A stretch of DNA of 63,802 bases, the filler included, from Octopus bimaculoides (taxonomy: Eukaryota), in the NCBI RefSeq assembly GCF_001194135.2. It is 6 parts of 6 records of this genome, joined end to end, with 100 filler letters (N's around TTAATTAATTAA, not from the genome) between each part and the next. Parts side by side here need not be neighbours in the genome. Positions count along the whole stretch, not along the records: positions 19,374 to 45,057 come from NC_069002.1; positions 45,158 to 54,254 come from NC_068991.1; 4 more parts are not named here. One strand, written 5' to 3'. The notes below the pieces were generated by a model. It was not told the DNA's origin. It ran no database searches and saw nothing but the letters and a program-made list of their open reading frames with translations. The translations under genes were made by a program, and so were the position numbers. Below, piece after piece: positions 36,607-48,639 of the stretch; positions within the stretch are counted from its first letter, which is position 1; each line of letters starts with the position of its first letter.

Positions 36607-36815
36607 GGTGAGCTGGAAGAATCATTAGCACGCCGAACAAAATGTTTAGCAGTATTTCGTCCGTCTTTACGTTCTGAATCCAAATTCCGCCGAGGTCGAC
36701 TTCGCCTTTTAACCTTTCGGGTCGATAAAATAAGTAGCATTTGAGTGCTGGAATCGATGGAATCGAATTTCTCCCACCCACACCCGAACTTACAGGCCAT
36801 GTGCCTTGCCTAAAC
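36607..36815 (+). mobile_element. SINE family A
   Basis: gagctggaagaatcattagcacgcc...aattccgccgaggtcgacttcgcc...cttcgggtcgataa segments in order. Confidence 0.85.
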
Positions 36816-37517
36816 TCTGAAACCGATATTTGTATATTTTTGCGTCTATCTATGGAGATGGAGAGAAAGAGAGAAGAAAGAAGGACCGAACGAAAAGAAC
36901 GCAAGCGCAAAGAACTTCAATATTTCCTACGCGTTATGTTTTCTGCCCTGATTAACCAGGGAGAAGGATCAGCTTGATTTTTAAGTAAGAGGAGGTGTGA
37001 TATGAGCCAAGAACGTAAAGAGATGAAACGGGCAAATACAAAGCAACTCTGACATGCTGGCCAATCCACAAATCAAGACATGTACATAGGTTAACAAACA
37101 CGAAAGCATGAAACAGACACTTTACATGAACGGTGTTCGAGCTCAGAGCTCAGAGCAGCAGACACTCGCAAAGCCTTCAACGCAGTATCCGATGCATACA
37201 TACACAAACATACTTGTTTGTGAGTGTAATGAAAATCGATATAACATGACGTTCGTTGCGGAAAAAAAAACATGAATAAGCAACTCTGTATAACATGAAC
37301 AACAATTGGCTATCAAGCAATGTCTTTATTGTTTTAGCATTGCTATCACATAATATATCACTGATATTTATTTAACAACAAATACAGCACACAGCCATAA
37401 TATTATATTTACAATACGACAAAGAGAGCGAGAGTGCACACACACACACATATATATACACATATAAATGTTTACAGATATATATTTACATATATAGCTA
37501 TATATATTTATATATAC

Positions 37518-37548
<31 letters not shown>

Positions 37549-38310
37549 NNNNNNNNNNNNNNNTATATATTTATACGTATACACACACATATACGTATCC
37601 ATATATTACTTACAATGATATATAATCCTTTATCCATATAAATAGTAAACATTTTTAATCGAATTACTATTTGTTATTATAGCTTATATATATTTAAGCT
37701 ATTCATTTTTAATTATGTCTATTTCATTAATTAAGATGCGATATCAAATCCCGTTAGGTTCCAATGCGTCTCATTTTCATAGCAAATAATTGTTTTGCTG
37801 ATGTTTTCGCTGTTTTGTTTACTGTTCGGGATTTTTTTTCTTTTGTCCATTCTTAATGAATCATTCTTTATAAACAGATGTTGTCGTCAGTCGCAGCTAT
37901 ATAGTCAGAAGTTTGCACCCGCGCTATGTAGCTTTGGGGTCAATCACATTGCAAGGTACATTGGACAAATATCTTCTATCACCCCGATCAACAGTGGTTA
38001 TCTAAATTTTGTCTCTGTGTAACAAAAACTTTTTCCTAAGAAAAAAAAAACAATATTTGAGATATATTTATATATACACAGCTTTTTTCTCCGGAGATTG
38101 TCAAAATGATGCAGACGCCTCTGATGTGAACCCAACAAGGTTCGAAAATCGATTCAGGTTCATCATTTTTTCATTCTGCGGAGAAATGGCTAGAATTTGC
38201 TCTGCTTGTAATCATACCATATGTTACGTATATATATGTTATAAATTTGCCTATACAGCTTTCTTTACGCTCGCGGCCATCAACGATATTGTTAGAAATA
38301 TCATCGTTCT

Positions 38311-38355
<45 letters not shown>

Positions 38356-38738
38356 NNNNNNNNNNNNNNNNNNNNNNNNNNNNNNNNNNNNNNNNNNNNN
38401 NNNNNNNNNNNNNNNNNNNNNNNNNNNNNNNNNNNNNNNNNNNNNNNNNNNNNNNNNNNNNNNNNNNNNNNNNNNNNNNNNNNNNNNNNNNNNNNNNNNN
38501 NNNNNNNNNNNNNNNNNNNNNNNNNNNNNNNNNNNNNNNNNNNNNNNNNNNNNNNNNNNNNNNNNNNNNNNNNNNNNNNNNNNNNNNNNNNNNNNNNNNN
38601 NNNNNNNNNNNNNNNNNNNNNNNNNNNNNNNNNNNNNNNNNNNNNNNNNNNNNNNNNNNNNNNNNNNNNNNNNNNNNNNNNNNNNNNNNNNNNNNNNNNN
38701 NNNNNNNNNNNNNNNNNNNNNNNCTCTCTCTCTCTCTC

Positions 38739-38778
<40 letters not shown>

Positions 38779-38829
38779 CATGGGGGTGTATTTATGTGTA
38801 TATGCGTGTATAAGTGTGTATGTATGTGT

Positions 38830-39090
38830 GTACCTTTGCGTTTATGTTTGTCTCACCCACCACCTCTTGACAACCAGTGTGGCTATGGTTAATCCCCTTA
38901 ACATTGCGGTTCAGCAAAATAAATCGATAGATCTGTTTCAGTACCAAGCTTAAAAAAGTAGTGGGGGTCAATTCAGTCGACTAAAAATTCTTCAAGGCGG
39001 TGCCCGAGAATGGCCGATATCTACTGACTAAAACAAGTAAAAGATATATATAGTTGGAAAGCAAGCTTCTTACCACACAGCCATGTCAAG
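38830..39090 (+). mobile_element. SINE family BC 3' half plus an inverted head fragment
   Basis: ttgacaaccagtg...gcggttcagcaaaa...ggggtcaattcagtcgactaaaaattcttcaaggcggtgcc; gcaagcttcttaccacacagcc at about 39061. Confidence 0.75.
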
Positions 39091-39379
39091 CTTGTAAATG
39101 CTTGCGTATATAAACATGAAAAACAGAACTTAACATTAAATATATAAATGATATTTTAAAGAGACTTAAATTATAAGGTGACGATTTCCTCTATTGCCAG
39201 AAAAAATTCTTACTGTACTCGATCGCTGAAGTGAAAAATAGATAAAAAAAATTTATGTCGCCTGATCTATCGTATGTACCAAGAACACCTCAGCTTAACT
39301 ATACGCGCGCGCGCGCGCACTCACACACACATATATATATATATACATATATATTCATAACCATGTATATATATGTGTG

Positions 39380-39434
<55 letters not shown>

Positions 39435-39820
39435 GGTTATGAGTGCATATTAGCAGCGGCATAAACTCAATAATAGCACCCGTTTCTCGATATAATCAGT
39501 TCTTTAATAATTTTTCGTGAGCATGAAAGAATTTCAACACACATTCTGCGATCTCTTCAGATGTAATAACTGTTGCAACTGTCACGGATCCATTGTATTT
39601 TCTGTTGTCAATAGTTTTTTGCTGTGTTTTTACATTCGTTTGTTTTTGATTTTTCTTTATGCGACGCGATGCGTATAATGCCTGAGTGCATATATTGATG
39701 AGCCTCTGTGCCTATATGCGTCTTTCTGCGTGCATTCGCTCCTCTGTGCGTGCATGTGTGCACATGCGTGTGATTTTTAATACTGCTAAAAAAGATATAT
39801 CATTTACCACATGTTTATAA

Positions 39821-39859
<39 letters not shown>

Positions 39860-39862
39860 CAG

Positions 39863-39905
<43 letters not shown>

Positions 39906-40534
39906 TGCTAGTTTTCCATTTCTCAAATAAACTGGGTGTCCAGACTACGACTTCGGAAATCATCAGTGTTATATTCCACTTATTTTGATGTTCTAATTCC
40001 TCGGAAGCTATTTCACACGTTTCTTAAATTTCATTCATTAACGAAAAAAAAATATACAACCTTCTTTGTATGTTACTAATGGCGTATTTCTCGGTAACCA
40101 TTTATTAGATTCAAATTCTTATTTGAAGTTGTTTTCTAGGTTGTCATCTTGTCTTTCAAAGAAAACTGCACGCCACCTTAGTCGTTTGATGCAGTTTATT
40201 CGAATGTATGTTTTTATGTTTGTACTACTGTTACACATTGAATCATACCTCTTCTGTATATATATTTGTGCATATCTGTTTTCTTGTTGTATATATTTTT
40301 CAATGTTTTACTCCATTCTTTTACTTCGTCCAACTCTTTTAATTATATTTGCGTATATATTTACGTATAGTCAATTCCAACTCATAAATTTACTTACAGC
40401 GGACCTGTTTGTAAATGTGCGAACCTAGTTGTTTATATATATATAGATATTTACAACTGCTTTTATTTGTATATTTCATTTCTTTATTTCCACTTTAAAT
40501 CTTTGCTTAATATACTTCAGTTTGAATACACTGC

Positions 40535-41240
40535 ATTTGTTTCAATTAATTTTGCGAATGAAGAATTTTGCAAAATAACTTTGTAACTTATTCAACTAGA
40601 TGTGGAGAGATAAATAAATAGAAAGATTTTGGTTTAGATCACTCTATAACCTAAACTTCATATCATAGGACAATGGATAGTGTGCGGAGTGCCGAAAACA
40701 TTGATATATTTTATTACTCAAGGGCGGCTTGTTGGCAGAATTGTTAGCATATTTGTCCCCTCTGTGTAGCCCCTTGAGGGTAGTAAAGAAATAAGAATTG
40801 TTAGCATATTTGTCCCCTCTCTGTGTAGCCCCTTGAGGGTAGTAAAGAAATAAGAATTGTTAGCACGGCGGACAAAATTCTTAGCGGCGCTTCATCGGTC
40901 TTCATGTTCTGAGTTCAAATTCTGCTGAAGTTGACTTTGTCTTTCGTCCGTTTTGGGTCGATAAAATGAGTCCCATTTGAGCTCTGGGGTTGATGTAATC
41001 GATTTAACCCCTCCCTCAAAATTGCCGTTCTTGTGCCAATAATATTCTGATGAAATTCAATTACTTTGTTTCAATTAATTTTGTAAATGAAGAATATAGT
41101 AAAATAATTTTGTCGTTATTAAACTGTATTTGGAGAGATAAATAAATAGAAACATTTTAGTTTATTCACTTTATAGCATAAATTCCTTATCACAGAACCC
41201 TAGAATTCTGCGAAGGACCAAAAGTGTTAATTATACTTTA
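40535..41240 (+). repeat. Diverged direct duplication (about 185 bp at 40535 and 41065) bracketing a SINE
   Basis: tttgtttcaattaattttg..aatgaagaat...ggagagataaataaatagaaa in both units. Confidence 0.8.
40721..41040 (+). mobile_element. Old family A SINE carrying two tandem 45-bp tail insertions in its head
   Basis: gaattgttagca occurs three times, separated by atttgtcccctc(tc)tgtgtagccccttgagggtagtaaagaaataa twice. Confidence 0.85.
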
Positions 41241-42104
41241 CTTCCCCGATAATTAGTTTGCCTTAGTTATATTTCTTTCTCTATTCTTTCTTGGCGTTCA
41301 CACAAACTTTGTTTCCATTCATTCCCGAAGCGTAAAATATTCCATAAAATATGCCGTCGTTATTTTTAACATCATCTAATTTGCTGTAAACTTTTATTTC
41401 CTCAACTCAGACTATACTTTAATAGACTCAATTTAACTATTATGCCTATTATACGATGATCTAATTTAATTTAGCTTCTTCAAAACCTCTACGGCGGTAT
41501 CTCAACAGCGGTAAAATCATTCTCTGATATAGTGTTTCCTTCACACGAGTGGTTTATGATTATTATTCTGTGTAATGATTTCCTTTAATCTGTCTTTATT
41601 CCATTTAATCCACAACAGGCTTAAGAAATGTAACAATATACCTATCTTATTTAAAGTATCCAGTTCTCTTTCGTACAAACTATGTGACATATCATGACTA
41701 AAGTTTATTTTACTGACCAGAAATATATTTATGTCTTTTACCGTCACCCATTTAACAGTTTATCGTTGTTTTACATTTACGTCTCCTCGAAGTTTATCTG
41801 CTTGCCTGAAATTTTAGTACACAAGATGGTATTAGAAACTGTTAATATATGAATGCGAAAGAGATAGTTGAATAACTGCAAACCTACTTTTGGGCCACCC
41901 TGTAATTATATACTCAGGAAAATCTGCCAAGAAAATGGGAACGATTTTCTTTCCAGTCCTACATATAATACACTTTTAATATTTGATGACAGAAAATGTG
42001 CAAAGCGTAGTTTCACTCAAGGGAATGTTTGTTCTTTGCACTGATGTTAGATGTTTATATTAAACCTAGGCTTCATTTAATGAGCAAACTATTTCTTTCG
42101 CAGG

Positions 42105-42290
42105 TGACTTTCAGCTCTTCGTTCTTTATCTCGAAAGAATAGAAGATTTTTTAAAACAGGTTTTCCAAAACAAGCAAAACTTGAATATCGCTGAATCACA
42201 AAAAATGCACTTGTTCTTCAGCCTAGTAGAAATCTATCATTGACAAAACCTGACAAAAAAAAGAAAATAGATGATGATAATCCAGTTAAG
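42105..42290 (+). mobile_element. Possible Gypsy-type gag relic
   Basis: DFQLFVLYLERIEDFLKQ...QKMHLFFSLVEIY loosely resembles the Y-x-ERxExF...KxxxFLSxxGxxxY gag N-terminus. Confidence 0.3.
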
Positions 42291-42599
42291 GTTGTCACTT
42301 CCTTTTACTGCTTCAGCAACTCTACGGAATGTTTGAATATTAGTATTGAAAGCGAGGTTGCTGTTCGTTTTGGTAAAGCCTACACATCCGAAAATATATT
42401 CGAGTGCTTCTGATAAGATAGGAATATCTCAGTTAAATGGATGTGAAATTATCTCAAAATTGTTGGGAAAATGGACGCTATACAGAGATCATATAATTAT
42501 TTCATGTGATAAAAAAGATACCAAATAATATATCGTAGGTTAACAAAGTTATCAAGCAGTAATATCCTTGAAAATTGTAATATAAGTAACTATGAAAAA

Positions 42600-43200
42600 T
42601 TTTCATTGCATGCAAAAATGCTTTGGGGAGAATATATGTCGTTAGCATCCAAGACAAGAGAACACACAAGGAACTTCGGTACAGCCAGTTTCTAGGAAGA
42701 ACGCTACTGTATTACACAAAGATCAAGAAAATACTCTGGAAACTGGAAATATGCTGGTGACATTTTTGACAATATACCGGCGACTGACTTGCTGGATTCT
42801 GAGAACACGGAAAAAGGAAACCATTTTTATTCTATGGAGGACAATTGTACACAATTGCTTAGACTGCTGCTCCCAATTATGGTCTGTATAAGACGTCAAA
42901 TTAACAGCAGCACTTGAGACTATCAAACACCACTGCACCAAGAAAGTTGCAACAGATGAGCTAGCGAGTGAGGCTAAAAGAGTAGATTCTACACCTTGGA
43001 GGGAAGATGCGAAAGATATACAATAATACACACACATACACACACACAATATATATATATATATATATACATATACATATCCTCTCCTTCCACGTGGCCG
43101 ATGTTCAAAACAAGAAATATGAAGAACTGCAGCTCTTTCCAATTCATTACTTCACCAGGGCAAGGAAATGAGTCGCAAATATGCAAGCATTAGCACAAAT
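42600..43200 (+). mobile_element. Second CR1/L2-like LINE relic, also split by a microsatellite
   Basis: RRLTCWILRT.KKETIFILWRTIV..LDCCSQLWS...LETIK..TKK...FYTLE..CERYTIIY [microsatellite] QLF. Confidence 0.7.
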
Positions 43201-43742
43201 GGCAGTGTCCCAGCATGGCCACAACTTCTGGCTGAAACCAGTTATAGAATAGTAGAATAGAATTTCTGAATTGAATATTCACACAATCGTCAAGATTGAT
43301 CGAAGCTGCGATCTCATAGAGAATACACTTTCAAGAAACGATGGGACAATAAAAACTTAATACATCCTAGAAAAAAGAAGTATTTTCCATATAATAAGTA
43401 GTAAGTAGACATGTCTGCTGATATGATCGCTGAAAGCTACAAGCAACATCTTCATATTCGTATCAAAAACCACAGGGACAGTACCACTTTAAAGCGAAAA
43501 CCTAATACATGTACACACGCTTGCAATTCCAGATAAAATTGGACTCTCGCTTCACAAGACTGTCTGTTAGTCAACATAAAGTAATTAAATTTGTTTTTAC
43601 GAATTTCATAAATTTCGTCCAATTTCTTCCAATTTTACTTTCATTTTGGTTCTACGGGCGTATTATCAATTGAAATATTTACCCTCTGTTAGTAACCCGC
43701 TCATACAACGTTCTGAAAGTCACATTACATCGTTATGAATAC

Positions 43743-43782
<40 letters not shown>

Positions 43783-43804
43783 TATATATTTATTTATATG
43801 TATG

Positions 43805-43836
<32 letters not shown>

Positions 43837-44792
43837 NNNNNNNNNNNNNNNNNNNNNNNNNNNNNNNNNNNNNNNNNNNNNNNNNNNNNNNNNNNNNNNN
43901 NNNNNNNNNNNNNNNNNNNNNNNNNNNNNNNNNNNNNNNNNTAAAAGTACATATATATACAATATATACATATATACAATATATATGTATATATATACAT
44001 ACAATGTATATTTGTATATATATAAAAGTACATATATATACAATATATACATATATACAATATATATGTATATATATTTATATAACATATACAATATATA
44101 TAATATATCTATAAATATATGTACATTATACGTACGTGCATATACGCTTGCCTATACATATATGTACTAATATATATATATATATATATGTGTATGTGTG
44201 TATATCTGTGTGTGCACGCGCGCGAACGAATGGTTATTTGTGTTTTGGGAGATCTGTCCGTGTACGTGCGTTTATGTGTGTGGGTGTCTGTATGCCTGCA
44301 AACGAATTATTGATTTTGCCAAGTGAACATATCCGAGCTACAAAGTGGCATATATCGAATGAAGCTTTGTATTTTATCGCACATTGGTTAAAGTCAGTAG
44401 AGGTTACCATAGAAACAGAGGAATGTTTATAGTACTAAAACCACATATCTGTGTATGTTGATGATGCGCATTGAAATAGGTAAGCCATATAAGTATTTCT
44501 AAGTGTTTGTATAAATATTATCTGATAATATTATATAATGATATCGTTCAGCGTAAGATATATAAATACATATGTACATCAATCGTTCCCTATATATATA
44601 TGCCTACATAGAGACATACTTTTATTAGAAAATATACATATATATATGTGTGTATGTAGATAGATACATACATACCTACATACATATATACATAAATACA
44701 TAATCATGTATATTCATCGGTAAGCGTTTTTCTAACGCGTATACATATGTTTACATTTAAAAACATGTATGTGTGTGTATCTATATATATAT

Positions 44793-44958
44793 ATATATAT
44801 AATTTATATAAGGGCATTACTATATAATAAAGCCTCACGCTTAGAGGGACTAAATAAGTCAAAACTACCAAAAAATAAGCACATATTTTTTGGTAGTTTT
44901 GACTTATTTAGTCCCTCTAAGCGTGAGGCATTAATGCCCTTATATAAATTATATATAT
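44793..44958. mobile_element. Fold-back (MITE-like) element in a (TA)n tract
   Basis: Perfect 46-bp inner stem 44832-44877 / 44884-44929 with loop agcaca; 27-bp outer stem 44793-44819 / 44932-44958. Confidence 0.75.
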
Positions 44959-45276
44959 TTACGGAAAAAAACGATGGTTTTTTTTTTCCTTATGGGTTTT
45001 TTCACGCTGACTACTTGATAAATTCTTATAAAGATTTTATCCTATATTATATTATATNNNNNNNNNNNNNNNNNNNNNNNNNNNNNNNNNNNNNNNNNNN
45101 NTTAATTAATTAANNNNNNNNNNNNNNNNNNNNNNNNNNNNNNNNNNNNNNNNNNNNTTTACCTATGAATTTGCGTGTGAAAATTGGGAATGCATACAAC
45201 GTTTCTCTGCCCTAGGTGTACGGAAAACACTCGGCGAGAAATGGGAAAAAATTTGAAGAAAGAAGAAAAAAAAAAC

Positions 45277-45343
<67 letters not shown>

Positions 45344-45659
45344 ATAATAATAAATCACAACAGATCTCTAAACACGACAAAGTGACCATACTATAAAATA
45401 TACAAAATCGCAGAGTCCAAGAAATTCAAACAAATTGTATTGATGTTATTGTCAAAGATAATGATGATAAAACATACTTCGTAATCTAATGTTTCAATGC
45501 AAACAGATGACAACAGAGAAGATTTTGTTAATGTAAAGATCAGAATATAGAGATCCATAGAAAGCAAAGGTTTACAACAGAAAAATTCCTTGAATAACAG
45601 GTAATTTAGCAATTATATAAACAATATAATCATAATCTAGGGACTTCTACTTATACACG

Positions 45660-46962
45660 TCATACTGAAAATATCATTACCACCAGCTGCACACTTATTC
45701 AATATTCTGATTACAACAAGAAATTAACGAAAAAAGAGAAAATACTGTACTTACCAGATATGCACTTAAGTACTGCAACTATGAGTAAGTAAGCGGAAGG
45801 AACAAGGTTTGTAGCACGGGAACGCTCTATGACAACCGCTAGACAAATTGAAGAGAATAAACAGAATCCTAAAATTTATATAGGATAAATATAGACAGAA
45901 TGACCTGTTTCCTGCAACACTGTAGCACACTACTAGAATGCCGTAAGCTAGTTTCCACGAAATCCTCTTAATTGTTTTTGTTATTGGTGATCCAATTTCC
46001 ACTTGTCACTCAAAAGACAAACAAATGGAAGCAAAAGAAAAAACAAAAGTCAAAGGAAACATATGCCCCCTCACCTATCTTAGAAAATGAAAGTGTAGAG
46101 ATACTATACATCTTAAGGAAGTGTAAAGATGACATATATCTTAAGGAAGAATGAACACCTAAAGAAACTAAACACACTAGTAAAGCTAGTAAAAGAACTA
46201 AAGAAAAAAGGGATCCTAGTACATGCAGATAAAGCAGGTAATCTGTATCATTTAAAATACTCTTTATACCACACACCACTCAAAAAAAGAAAAATCGAAA
46301 AACTGTAAAGTGACTCATGCCAACAACTTAACTAAACTTAATTTATAAGCTAAGAAAATTATGGAAAAATACAAACTAGAGGTAAAAACAGCCATACTAG
46401 CCTACGACCCCTAGAATTAGCGTAATACACTACAAGCAAAGCTTCAGCACGAGCACCCCTGTAAGACTAATATGCCCCTCGAAATAGGACCTAGGTTGAA
46501 TAAATAAGCGTATCAAAGATAAATATATACCAACACTAAGGAACATTATAAAACTTAACCTCTGGTCCATACGAGGTAATAGATCGGTTTAACTATATCA
46601 CCGGAAAAAATCAAAACAAATTCATACAACTAAATATATCCATCTACTAAGCCTCTATTAACCCTATCGTACTCAATAAAGCACTAATGCTCGCTATATA
46701 AAAAAAAAACTTTGAGCTAACTAGTGAAGAATCAGACTTAGTCCTAGCCGCCAGAAAGTCTATCATAGGCTTTTAAGGAAAATACTGGGTGAGAAAAGAT
46801 AGGCCAGATATGTTCGGCATAACCATGAGATCAAGCGACTCCACCCAGATAGCCTATCTAGAAGGGATTTTTTTAAATTTTTATTCTGCATAAATAAAGA
46901 ATTTCCAAAGTTAGGGAGAGGTTTATACAGCTTTATACAAAGTTAGGGAGAAGTTTATACAG
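45660..46962 (+). mobile_element. Degenerate Penelope-like element, Hydra-clade-like RT (N-terminal region to motif C)
   Basis: KSKETYAPSP, ILVHADKAGNLY, PVRLICP, KFIQLNISIY*ASINPIVLNKAL, AARKSII..KYWVRKD..MFGITMRSSDSTQIAYLEGIF, GLY match the recalled PADKTxNLY / RLINP / FDIxxFYPSI / FDVTMGSxDGAExCELVG / GLYRDD pattern. Confidence 0.6.
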
Positions 46963-46984
46963 GTGCTTATAGGCTGCTATTTCT

Positions 46985-48305
46985 AGCACGCCATTTGCCT
47001 TTTCAATTCCTTGTCCTTCCCTCGTGGCCCCTCACGCCTCCTGTTCATCTTGGACATCAAATCCCTATACACGGTGATCCCCCACAACGTCGCCCCGACC
47101 CCCACACCCAACTCCTCTACTCTTTTCCGTTTAGCAGAACTCGTTCTCACCCTCAACCGCTTTACTTTCGCGGGGGAGATTTACCAAAAGTTATCTGGCG
47201 TCGCTACGGGAATGAGAATGGGCTCGAATTTCGCCAACCTATTTTTTTGGTTACATTGAGGCCCAAGTATTCCCCCGATTCTCCGGATCAACCCCAGAGC
47301 CGCTACATAGATGACTGTATAGGTGTCACTTCCCTCTCCCGCGAACAACTCTCCAATTTCATATTTTTCCTTTTTAGCTTTCACCATTCCCTCCAATTTA
47401 CCTCTACCTATTCTGACACCTCTATTAACTTTGATATCTCTTCCACCATTGACTTCCCCTCCCACTTCCCCTCCGCTTTCTTCAAACCCACGGACTCCCA
47501 CTTCTACCTCAACTTTTCCTCCTCCCATCCCTTCCACATCAAATGGGCCATCCCTCACACCTATTTACTCCACCTCCGACGCTTGTGCAGCCGGGACCAG
47601 GATTTCGAGACCCAGTCCCAGTACCTGGCCTGCCTGTTCATGTGTCGGGGATACCCATCCACATTTTACCAAATTTCCATCTTTCTTTCCCCACACCGAT
47701 CCTCCAACCGCATTCCCTTTCCCCTCCTTTTCCATCTCTCAACCCTACCCTTTTGTCAGAAGATCCTACGAGCCTTCCGTCGCCTCCAGCTAGATCCCAT
47801 CACCCACACTATTTTCCCCAACCCACCGTTGCCTTCCTTTAAAAGCGCCCATAACCTACTCGCCTTCCCCTCTCCTTCCCAACCCAACCCGGATACTTTT
47901 CTTGCTCTAGACCCCGTTGCCATACCTGTCCTTTCATCACTAACACCACCCCTCACTGGATCCAACCAGCACACTCTCTACATTAGGAACTCCTTCTCCT
48001 GCACTTCTTCCAGCCTTATCTATTGCATTAGATGTAATCTCTGCAACAAACTCTACGTTGGTCAGACGGGCTGCCGGCTGGCCGACCAGATCACCGAACA
48101 TCTACGAGATGTTCGGCTACGTATGAACACACCTGTCGCCCGTCATTTTCGCTTGGCCAACCAATCCACCTCAAATATCACCGTCTTCAGCCTTGCCCTA
48201 CGCCATGGATCCACACACTCTCGACTCCGCCTGGAACAGCGTTACATTTTCACTCTACAAACACAAACTCCCTTCGGACTCAACTCAAACCCCTCCTTTC
48301 AATGA
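46985..48305 (+). mobile_element. Penelope-like element, Neptune-like: RT, thumb, Cys linker and GIY-YIG endonuclease (frameshifted, 5'-truncated)
   Basis: LDIKSLYTVIP, GVATGMRMGSNFANLF, RYIDD, KPTDSHFYLNFSSSHP, LRRLCS, CSRPRCHTC (alternative frame), IYCIRCNLCNKLYVGQTG..EH..VARHF..EQRYIFTLQT..PFGLN. Confidence 0.92.
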
Positions 48306-48639
48306 CTGTCTGTACACTCTCCCTAAAAAGTAACTTCTTATTTTATATTCACTCACTTTTTTATAACTTTTATTCGTTTATTATCGATTTTTTTCCGATG
48401 TATTTGTTTTGATCCTTTAATTTTATTTATCTTCTTTTACCTTTTCTATTTTATTATTGTATTAATCTCTAAGTTTTATCTTTTCATTTTTATTTTTTAT
48501 CTTTTATTTTGTATTTTTTGTTTTTATCGTATATCGTTTCTCTATTTTTTCTCTATTATTTTTATTCATTTTATTATTTTTAATTTTATATACACACACG
48601 CACACAGACGCACACTTACATACACACACGTACATACAC

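Noticed and set aside
37878-38005. Exon-like segment after a good acceptor (VVVSRSYIVRSLHPRYVALGSITLQG...)
   Set aside because: Two frames are open, nothing is recognisable, and there is no supporting neighbour exon.
46911-46948. TTAGGG telomeric seeds at the PLE junction
   Set aside because: Only two isolated hexamers, produced by a 23-bp duplication of RT coding sequence (KLGR).
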